Assembly (NCBI GenBank): GCA_051294905.1
Contig: CM119371.1
Span: 17,112,001 to 17,176,000, forward strand
Direction: 5' to 3'
DNA: 64,000 nt
From: Botryllus schlosseri
Lineage: Eukaryota
This document shows, one piece after another, positions 36,159 to 46,664 of this stretch (the first letter of the stretch is position 1; each line of letters begins with the position of its first letter). The notes under the pieces were generated by a model that saw only the letters and a list, made by a program, of their open reading frames with translations, did not search any database and was not told the origin of the DNA. The translations under genes were made by a program, and so were the position numbers.

Positions 36159-37803
36159 TGTGACATTTCTTTGTGACTTTTAGTGCGCCGTTTGCTTTGT
36201 GTGGCGATGTTGAAGTAACCATCAAAACTTGTAATGACCATCAAAAAACTTATGTAACCGCAAAAATTGAAGCCTATTCTGGGTACACGACCACGTTGCA
36301 CTGTCAGCTGTCTACGCTTCGATTGTAAGTCAAGCACGCGTCTTCTTGAATGAAGTACGGTTTTTTGATGATACAAATTCCCAGCGATAAAACAGCGGAC
36401 CGAATTACTTATACCAAATTCTTAATACAATCAAATACGACAATTAAATACACATCAAAGCCAAATATAACCCTAACTATAACAATATGGCCGTAACTAA
36501 TACACATCAAATATCACTCCTTTCAGCACAGCGCGCTGTTCCAAATGAATCAAGCACGTGTAGTTCTGAAATACAACAAACCATTCATGCGTCACAATCA
36601 AGAAGCAGTGGTGTATGGCGAATTCATTAAAGGGTGAAATTCTGCGCCAACATGAAGCTTATGAAACTTATGAAAACTTATGAGACTTATGGAAACTTAT
36701 GAGACTTACGAAAACTTATGTAACTTATGAGAACGTATGAAACTTATGGAAACTTATGAAGATAAGAGCTCTTGGATGAAGAGCCGTTCAGTATACAATT
36801 TAAGTATATCTGCCTATTGAAATGAACCCGATTATTTTCGGCTGAAACACGTCAGGGGTAATCGTCAGTAGCTAGTAGAGAATTAAAAAAAAACATTGTA
36901 AAGCAACAATCGCAATGATATATTGAATACAAGCCAGAAAATCAATCAATTTTAGTTGAAACCGTCCGCACCCGCTTCATCCTATATTATAAACCTGACT
37001 GGAAAGAAAAAATTTATTACCGTGAATTATACTGGACTCATTCGCCTTTTCTTTGCTTAAATTTATTTCGAATGCCCAGTGAAAATCGTGGGCGTTGTCA
37101 GTGTGAAGTTGGATAACTCGAATAATTTTCACGACCAGTTGTGGAAATTGATATAAATTCAGTTCATAACAATTAAGTCAGAGCTCTTTGTTATAAGCAC
37201 GAGAATGGCAAATGTCTGTACAACAACCTCGGTTCGTTCCGGACTAAACAGTTCAGTACTATTTTCCGGAAAACCAGAAGTAGATTAGATTCAAAATTGT
37301 AAAGCATTGAAAAATATCAGAAATAAATTAGAGATTACCAGCATTTCGCTCTAAGTAGACAATTATTTCGGAATCAGAGTATCTGGTATCCTCCTAAATT
37401 AACGATGCAATTTACATAAACATTGTTCGTAATTGTGGAAGAATTAAAGCTTCGTCCGGAGAGTAGCATTTCTATTTAATCTGTTGTGAAGAACAGTACA
37501 TCAAAACAATGAGACGTCTACCAGCGCATCTGAGATATTGTGCACATTGCGCAATCTTGAACTTTCCCCACGCGGCAATCGAATTGGGTCACGCGTTAGC
37601 AATTTAGCATATGAAGATGCGACACAGTCGCGTTTGCTGATTGACGCTGAATTGGTATCTTTCGAAATAATAGTCGACGTCAATGCCACTCAAGTATTTA
37701 GATAAACTTAAACTATGCTTTAAGACAGGGGTGTCAAACATACTTGCTTCCATAATATATACTCGTCGCAGAAATAACTATGAATCCGACTTCTGACACC
37801 AAT

Positions 37804-38061
37804 TGTTATGTTCTTGATCTTGTTCGAACAATAACTCAATACGACGAGGTTGCAATAAGAAATCAGTATATTGTACAGCAGAATAACTTTAAAGGCAGGC
37901 GACACGATCCAGAGTTCAGTTAAAATGAAAGACAACGAGACAACAGAACACAGGGTATAAATACAAGCACGACACACGAGGAAATAATGATTGGCGGTAA
38001 TTACTAGTCCTATAGAAACTAGGAGTTGAACAACACTGAACATAAATGTACGAACATAACA
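37804..38061 (-). mobile_element. Solo LTR of the Gypsy family seen at 51775-52028
   Basis: TGTTATGTTC...GAACATAACA (10-bp terminal inverted repeat), highly similar to 51775-52028. No clear TSD. Confidence 0.8.
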
Positions 38062-39897
38062 ATGATCATTCCACAACATTGTCACAAAGTGCAATTAACC
38101 CGTATGGTCGAAAAAATACCAAACTATCTTTAATGAGATGGATAACAGGCATTATATATTCTTCGTGGTGGTGTAAAGGGTACTCATTTGATCTTTGACG
38201 TACTACATTTTGTTACGACGTCATAATGAGTGATACTCGAATCCTCGACTCGACTCGAAACATTTTACGTGATTCAGAATCGAATCACTCAGATACTCGA
38301 TTTTGCCCACCCCTAGTCGTGATACACTCATATGTGACGTATGAATATGTTGTTACTTATCGTTCCCAATGATTATGATTTCAAAAATTATATGTAGAAT
38401 TGTAGATAGAATCACCGCACATCGACCAATCATCGTATTTTGATGACATTCTGGGTCCGTTTAGTTGCCCTGGTATTCGTGCGGCCCCGACCGTGCTCAG
38501 CAATTCTAAATTTGGCCCTGACACCGAAAAAGTTTGAGAACCACTGATCTAAATGATAATCCGTCATTCTCGATGTGAAGTTTATTTGTAAAAATATTAT
38601 TTCTGTCATGCCGACAACCAATATCCACGCGAACTCGGTTTACCAGACGTATCGCGTGCCGAGAAGGGTTAATCCAGTTTTGTACGATACGTTGATTGTT
38701 CGCAGACATACTGGCGCCTGTGAGACAATGCGGTTTTCAAAACCTCATTGCCTTCCTATTTAATTACCACCAAGAAATGAAGCGTCGTCGATGTTCAGGT
38801 TTATAAATTCGTATTGCAATCAGAACAGTCCCCAGCATTCTCTTATTAGGCGTGCTGGCACTTAGTTACCGCATGGTTTTAAGTATATTACAAGAAGGCA
38901 AAGCCTACTCGCGGTCACCGAATAGGTAAAATAGCTTCGTCAGAGATCACCTCCGTGTGTCTATCGAACATCGGTTATGTCAAATCTTCCGGTAGTTTAC
39001 AGTGTGCTGCTAGCCAAAAAAGGTCGATAATGCTAGGGTGCCGCTGACTATTTTCCATTTACAGAGGGTGCCGCGAGGTTGAAGATTTTGGCAACCACTG
39101 GTCTATGTAAATCTTGATTGCCATTATTGCAATCACGATTTAAAAATCCCTATTTGGTATCGAATACCGAGGCAATGGTCTCACAATAAACTTCGAATCT
39201 GAATTAATTTACCTCATGTTTTATAAGTTTCATAATTTCCCATAACATTCATAAGTTTCTATAAGTTTCATAAGTTTTCATAAGTTTCATAAATTTCATA
39301 AGTTTCCATAAGTTTCATAAGTTTTCATAAGTTTCATAAGTTTCATAAGTTTTCATAAGTTTCATAAGTTTTCATAAGTTTTCATAAGTTTCATAAGTTT
39401 TTATAAGTTTCATAACTTTCATAAGTTTCCATAATTTCATAAGTTTCCTAGCACAAAATAAAGGCACCCGCGAATTGTATTTCCGAGATTATAGCGTTGA
39501 AAGGCAGTATGAATGAAGTTCTTCGTTGAGATAGGTTGAGCAAGAGATATATCGGGCTATTAATGAATTGTTTTATACGGTATGCTTGCTTAGATGTGTA
39601 TTGATAGTCAAATGGTGTTTCGAATAGCAGTTCTGTCAGATTGACTGCTTGTTTGCGTTAGGCTTCTATAATAGAACTTGATATAAATGCTTACAGTTTT
39701 CCGTCGCCTGAAATGTCAGGCGGCAGTGAACAGCGTGATACTTGTCAAGTTATTAGTGCTCTGAACGTAATGCGTACTACCGGTCCGTTAATATTTTAAT
39801 GCTAAACTGCGGAAGAGTGTCGGTACCTCTCATCGGATCTTGGCGTGTTGCGGTTATGGCTTTGACATCATTTGTTGTGCATTCATTAATGTATGTA

Positions 39898-40521
39898 CAT
39901 TAGGGCTGTTCAAAAATAACCTTTTTTCCTGAATCTTGCTGGTTACTTGATTAAATCGTTAGGTTGCCTTAAAAAACGACGCACACCAAATTCGAATTCA
40001 TTCTAACCAATATTCGCGGATTTCGTAGAGTTTGAAAATTTTGAATTTGCCTAAAAATGCAAAAAAAATTTTTTCAAATTTTTCTGCCAACCCCGTGAAA
40101 TTGTTGCGCTGTCTTCAAAAACAATGCAAAACAAATTTCACTCAATTCGAAGCCGTAGAAGTGGAGTTATTTCAGTTTTTCTTTGATAATTCTGGGATTA
40201 TCCTTGATTGGTGGATCATCCCATAATTATCATCAAAAAACTTGAATAACTCCGCTTCTGCAGCTTGGAATTGAGTCAAATTTGTTTTCCATCGTTTTTG
40301 AAGACAGCGCAACAATTTCATAAGGTTGGAAGGAAAATTTGAAAAAAAACGTGTTTTGCATTTTTAGGCAAATTCAAAATGTTCAAACTTTACGAAATCC
40401 GCGAATATTGGTTGGAATGAATTCAAATTTGGTGTGCGTCGTTTTTTTAAGGCAACCTAACGATTTATTCAAGTAACCAGCGAGATTCAGGAAAAAAGGT
40501 TATTTTTGAACAGCCCTAATG
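39898..40521 (+). mobile_element. Long-TIR TA-flanked MITE related to 26627-27238
   Basis: CATTAGGGCTGTTCAAAAAT...ATTTTTGAACAGCCCTAATG flanked by TA. Confidence 0.8.
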
Positions 40522-42425
40522 TACATTAACGAAACATGGGATATGCTAAACCCGTCTATTTTGTCTGTCTGCAATATCTGTGACTGAATTTACATCATAT
40601 GTTCGTTACAACGGTTGGCATTTCAACTGTTCAGCCAAATACTATATCTTGTATGAATTTCTGATTAGAATTTGTGATACTCTTTTCAGTTAGGCTAATC
40701 TACGAGTTATTTTGTTGCTATATTTAGCCTTAAATTTATGATGAAAACTGAAGCCACGGAGTGATTGCGATATGCCCGAATATCAGGTATAACTCTGATG
40801 GGGAATTGAAAAGAATGCAGCGTTGGCGAAGGCAGCAGTTCATAACATATTGTCCTCTACGCATCTGATGTTCAACCTGCATCGACAATGGCCATGATCA
40901 GCCAATTATCACTGCTAAGGATATCTGACTGACAGTAGCCTACATCGCAAGAATATGAGGCCAGTGGAATTACCCAGATATCAGAGACTACGCTAAGCCT
41001 AAACTTGGGAAAAACCATTCACAATTGGCCTCTCAATGAAGTAGCGTGCCACACAGTGAGTAGGCTGCTGATGGTAGCTCCTCGTTGCTTGGTGCTATTC
41101 TTCCCGCCAAGGCACGGACTTATTTGATAAACCAGATTTTGTCGGTATTTCTATTCAAGAGCAGGAATAGTTGTATCAAACTTGTACCGGAAAGAAGATC
41201 TCTGTACCTCGACTGAAATCAATATGTCGTTTTATGCATTTATATGGCTGTCTGTCTGTATTTGACCGGTGTTTTGTACGTATATGCTCGTGGTGGATTT
41301 TATTATAACTAAAACTATAATGAAAACATATTGTCAAATTGTGCCGTCTTACAACATAAGGGTCAGTATGTATGCCAGAAAGCAACAATGATTCAGGTAG
41401 CGATATGGCTAATAGTGGTTGTAAGATGCAGTAGCGAGAGGGTAAATAGACGGCAACAACGGGTTAATGACTCTGCGGCAGAAGTGCGAAAATTGTTTCT
41501 TTTGAAGCATCATTTTGACATCGAATGCGTATTATACGCCTGGCGATCGCTTCCCATTTTGTTGACTGGGATCGTGAATAAATGAATGTATGCCCACCTA
41601 GTATATAGTTTATGTACAGTCGAATTCGCTTAATTCGGACAATTTGGTTTCAGCTACTTTTGACAGAATTTGGGCGGAGAAGCTACTTTGGTCCAAATTT
41701 GATGGAAAATCAATCGTACTTTTCAAGATAAATCGGTCGTACATAAAGGAAGTCGATGTGGTAGATATACCGTACGCAGTAAATGAATTGCTGCTGCTCT
41801 ATATTGCAGTTCTCGTTACCTATCGCATTACACGTACAAGAGGTATACCATCAGTTTCATTGTATTGTACAATATTTCGATATCCAAGCGATTCAACAGA
41901 TACCGCGTACTATGTAATAAACACATTCAGGGTTAAATATTACAGTATTTTCCCAAAATGGTAACAAGCAATGTAGGAAAAGCTTGAACGCTATTTTCAC
42001 TTGACAATTTTACACCTTGAAACAAATCGAATGAAAAGGAAAAAACCTTCAAGTGGTGTATTAAATTTTGTATGTAAAAGCTATCAACGCATAGCGAAGG
42101 CTAAATCCACAAAACACCATGCTTCGATGGGTCTGAATGTTCCAGGGTTGTAACCAAGTTATAAGGTTTTGAGTCACAAATCAATTCAACTTTTATAGTT
42201 TTGAGTCACACAGGTCGAGTAATTTTCAATTTAACACGGTGTCAAGTCCGTGTCAGTGAGTGGAGGGTCGAGTCCGAGTCATAGTGTTGTGATTCGAGTC
42301 CGAGTTCAAGTCATTGCGTTCACTGTTCAGTTTTGAGTTCAACCAGGATCAACCCACTTCTTACAGTGACGAGATAGCTCAGTGGTATAATACACAGCTG
42401 CATTTCCTATATGTTTGCCTTCCAG

Positions 42426-42778
42426 GTTGAAAGGATGGTATTCGAAGAATATCAGACTTTTTCGAGAGAGGATTGGATGGATTTAGGCATGAGCATTCGT
42501 AGCTCAAATGTTTCAAGGATATATTTCCATCGTCATTTCGAGCATGTACCGCACTGGGAAGCCTTCAGACAAGGTCATGGCGACTTGGAGGTGTGTACGT
42601 TTTTTTCAACATGGAATATATATTATGACAATAATATTTTGCAATGTCGGTTTCTTAGGTACGGAGACTCACTATTGAATATCATGGACCAACACCGTTG
42701 TCTGAAATGGAATTCTCGTTCAACCATCCAATAAATGAACCGAATATGCCGCAAGCTGTGAGAGCTCCAGATCAGTAG
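42426..42778 (+). CDS. NLR-like gene terminal exon pair (42426-42590 and 42659-42778, stop TAG)
   Basis: VERMVFEEYQTFSREDWMDLGMSIRSSNVSRIYFH...GHGDLE | VRRLTIEYHGPTPLSEMEFSFNHPINEPNMPQAVRAPDQ*. Phase 0, 68-nt intron, followed by AATAAA. Linkage to module 5 across the 11.4-kb intron is inferred from phase and repeat style. Confidence 0.72.
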
Positions 42779-42819
42779 ACCTATAAGTCTTATGTGATAG
42801 TAATATAATTTTAATTATA

Positions 42820-42830
42820 AATAAAATAAA
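42820..42830 (+). terminator. Tandem AATAAA polyadenylation signals
   Basis: AATAAA at 42820-42825 and 42825-42830, about 40 nt after the TAG at 42778. Confidence 0.55.
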
Positions 42831-43529
42831 AAAATCCGGACCTGTGAAGTGACTCATTATAGACGTTTTCATGGTTGCGTCGCAACAAAACTTCCCTCAA
42901 TGCATGAATATCGGCAAATTGAGGTCGTATTGTTCCGTCTGCACTCCGGTCACTGTCGACTTAACGGTCATTAATTTATGGCATGATGTTCAGACACTAC
43001 GCTCTGGAATCATTGCAGTATCCCCAAAACCGTTGCCATTTCTCGTCAGATATGATTTTAAGCGTTCCTCGCTCATCGAATGCTGTCACAATCGTAACAT
43101 TCCACTTACAGCTTATAACTAGGGCGTTTTTTTACTTAAAAAAGGAAAATGTTGACCTAAAAAATATGAAAGTTTGACTTTTTTTATCGAGGCAAACTGA
43201 ATTTTTGACAAAATTCTTACCTAGCGTATGCAAATTTGGTGTTTTCCTACATAATGTTGAAATTGTACCACCATCTTAATTTTTGGTTGGAACTGGCTGT
43301 CCTAAGGAAGTAGTTCGGCCTGAAAAAACGTTTTTGGCTTAGAAACGGGCTAATTCTCTATGAACAACTAACATTTTAACGAATTCTGGCCCTATGAAGA
43401 ATTCCAGTAGTTACAATACGTATTATGGTATAAATAAATAAAATTTGTTGTAGTACAACGAGAGATACTTTCCAACATTATTGGGTAGAAAGTGCATTCG
43501 AGAACCTTCAATTCAGTGGTTCTTAACCA

Positions 43530-44757
43530 CATGGCTTTGGAGCCGGAGCCCCGGAGCCGTGCATTTTCACCGGAGCTAGAGCCGGAGCCGGAGCTTTACA
43601 TAAAATTCAGCCGGAGCCGGAGCCGGAGCTGGAGCCCGTTATTTGAGGAGTAGCTCCGGCTCCGACCTATTTCATAAGATGCTATATATATGCAACAAAC
43701 ACGTCTGCTGATTTATCATAATTGAACAGCAGCCCTGAATTCTAATGCTGTGAACAGCAATGGGATAGAGTAAAGTGCGTTCTAATGCAACTATGATATT
43801 GTCGACAATTGACAAGTATTCATTACGACGTCAAAAGCCGGCACGGCGGCACCTATATGTCTTCGTTGCTACAACGGATGTTACTGACAGCTGACAGACT
43901 CGAGATTACTATAGATAACTAACGTATGGGTAGATTAGTTATCTATATAGACCAGGAATGGCTAACCTTTTCAGTTAAAGGGGCACATGCAATTGGCGAA
44001 CGAGTGCATGGTCCAATAGCCGCGCCATGCGGGTAAAATTAAGTTTATAAATAAACTAGGTCAATAATATTAATACTTGAGTATATTGCGGGTCTATTGT
44101 ATACCGCCCGCTACGCACAGTTTGCAAGGACACAACTATTCGGCGTCTGGCCACATCGATATCGAAGGTCTCTTATGATATGCGACAATCATTTTGGGCC
44201 TACATTTCACCGTCGACGATCTTCATGCCAGCGCAAACGCGAAAAGACTTTCTCCCGTAATTGCGAATACAGTTAGACTCAATCGGGTAAATTAGGCATT
44301 TTTCTCATTTTCCGGAGGGGGTAGGCTACCAAGCAAGAACTCGTGTGACAATTAAACACGCAAAGCGTGAAGAAAAATTTCGCTACTACTTTAGTTTATT
44401 GTAATGTACCACGATTTACTGAAAATGTGATTGGACTCTGGATCTGCCAATGCGTTTGAACTGATATTTTAGTCCTCAACATCCCAAATGTCGCACCCAG
44501 AATTGTAATTTTTGGTTGGCATTACAAGTTCACAATCTGAGCAATTTATTTTCGATAATATAATATGAAATTACCTCGCGGGCCACGCAAAACCCTCTTG
44601 CGGGCCACATCTGCCCCTCGGGTTGGCTACCCGTGATATAGACAGACCAATTCGATAATTTCAGAGCCGGAGCTGGAGCCGGAGCTAATGTATGATAGAA
44701 GACAGCTCCGGAGCCGGAGCTGGAGCAGTTTAAATTTACGACTGCTCCAAAGCCCTG
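43530..44757 (+). mobile_element. hAT MITE with GGAGCC subterminal arrays
   Basis: CA(T/G)GGCTTTGGAGC...GCTCCAAAGCCCTG. TSD cttaacca/cttaacct (7/8). Confidence 0.8.
43953..44635 (+). mobile_element. Nested hAT MITE related to 18203-18872
   Basis: CAGGAATGGCTAACC...GGTTGGCTACCCGTG with perfect 8-bp TSD ATATAGAC. Confidence 0.85.
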
Positions 44758-46493
44758 CTTAACCTGAGGGGCGCTAGAAATTGACAAAGTCTCTATAAAT
44801 TGTGACTAAACATGTTTCACAACCATTCTGAGAAGGTGATTGTCGAAGCTGAAACGGAGCGCCCAACGGACTATAGACTGATTTCATTTTCATTTGTGCG
44901 AATTCTTGATATTATTCGAATATTTAGAGCAATTTCCACGTGTAAGCCATTCATCACTTCATAGCTCTGACAGTAGCCTGAAGCTCGGTGCGCTGGCTAG
45001 CTGTTGCTAATTGCTGGCGAATTGCTCTGCTTAAGACAGACTTAGATGCAATATAGCTTGCCCTATTTCGCCCTCAATTAAGCTACCCTAAGTCAACACA
45101 ATCTAATTCAATTCCAAAACTGACCAAAGTTAGCATGACATGACAGAACGACGCCCTTTTCTCTGTAGTCACTACCAGCATTAAGATTAGTCTCAGTGCA
45201 ACCTACCTTGGACTAAATTGATGTCCTGTTCCACGTCTTTGTTATTTTCAAACAAGTTTGGAGGAAATTTGTCCGAAATGTAAAAGACTGAATAACTGGA
45301 ATCGGGATTCAAACTTGTCTTAAGATATACAATATGTACACTATCAGATGATGTGCTCTTTTTGACATGGCGATATGTGCAGTGGGGTTAGGGGGAGCAT
45401 TTTTACCATCGCCAGGGAGGGGGGCATGTTCAAAAACGTTGAGAACCGCTGCTTTAATCGTACAACTAACAGAGTTTTAAATATTGCAAGAGTAATGTAT
45501 CTGTTCCGTTTAAAGGTTTTCAAATTGACTATATATTAAAACTCGATCATCCGAATCTTTGTAGGACCGGCTTTATCCTATCCGCGTATTAGCGTTGCGT
45601 TTCGGGATGTATATAGTAAAAATTTTGTATTGCGCTAATTACATTTTTGCGCGACGCTTTCGTTTTCTGAATTCTCTCGTTGTTGTTTTTATATTATTCC
45701 ACGTCACTCTATTTATTTAATCTTTAAATTTCGAATTGCAATCTCCAAATTTACTGACGGCTGCTGCCAATGGGTGTCAGTTGAAATGCTTTGAGCAGGG
45801 GCGGCCAACCTGCGGCCTTATAGAAGGGAGTTTGTGCTACCGTTGTCACTTAATTCAAGGAGTATGCGTTGGCGGCCATCGCCATGCAAAATGAATTTAC
45901 GAATTGATTCCTGGATTTTTGAGAGATTTCAATTATTCTTGAAATTTTCTTCAATATTACTTCAATACTACTTCATTCTCCGTTTTCAATATAGTAACGC
46001 CCTTTACAAACAGCTCTATGTGAACAGCAGAGGGATATGACCCGGCTCATATATAAATATCAACTTGGAATCGTGTGCTCCTCACGAAAGCAATTTGTTT
46101 CTGATACAATTAGGCGATTACAATTTATTTCCAATATAGCGACAATCCTAACGGGATGTCAACAAAAAGCAGCATGCAACAAAATGATTAAAAACAACTG
46201 GCCCACCCAAAGGTCAATCATTATTTATAACTTGCCATAAATTTCCGAAAGCACCCCTTCCATCAACTCTACCGATTAATCTGATCACATACACCGCGAA
46301 GGAATAATTGTGTAATATAAATATGTGAAACTACTTGGGATGGTCTGAACGTGAGGTTCACGTTTGCGTTCTGTGTGTGAACCTCAGAAAGTTAGAGGTT
46401 CACATTCACAAACGAACCTTGCTAGGTTCTGCACTGTGAACCTTTTTCATATATATTACAATTTTCACTCCCTTTTATGTAATGGATTTTCAG

Positions 46494-46664
46494 ACAGTCT
46501 TATTGGATGTGAAGATTCGCCTGCTAATAGGAGAGGATTTTGCATCCTCCCTCGGACTCTTCATTGCTCAATCCGGTTTCAAAGATTTAGTTCTTATGGA
46601 TCTTAATTCGCTTTCTGCGGCTACTATTGCTGGTCTCGTTGAAGGGATCGGACGACAACATCAG
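46494..46664 (+). CDS. Orphan 171-nt phase 0-0 LRR-like exon (candidate alternative penultimate exon of the NLR gene)
   Basis: tttcag|TVLLDVKIRLLIGEDFASSLGLFIAQSGFKDLVLMDLNSLSAATIAGLVEGIGRQHQ|gtaatt. ED...LG..I..S...G.G echoes the 42426 exon, and RQHQ| echoes RQSIK| of exon 2. Confidence 0.6.

Larger units (their letters stand above)
33657..36652 (-). mobile_element. Young non-autonomous LTR retrotransposon (BEL/Pao-like features)
   Basis: 400-bp LTRs at 33657-34056 and 36253-36652, TG...CA, 2 mismatches by eye. Polypurine tract GGGGGTGAGA next to the minus-strand 3' LTR. Flanks tgaga/tgaag, each one base from the array's TGAAA. No RT, RNase H or integrase. Confidence 0.9.
33547..39469. mobile_element. 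Foldback-like element with modular TIRs: about 24-bp terminus plus (AAACTTATG)n arrays
   Basis: GGGTGCCTTTATTTTGTGCTAGGAAACTTATGAA at 33547 is the reverse complement of the sequence ending at 39469. 9-10-bp unit arrays lie at 33571-33656 and 36653-36760 (+) and at 39220-39447 (-). No TSD; no transposase seen inside. Confidence 0.85.

Noticed and set aside
41644-41964. 106-aa ORF as an NLR repeat exon
   Set aside because: No A/B module consensus, no convincing splice pair, and it begins in TACAGTCGAATTCGCTTAATTCGGAC, which looks like a MITE end.
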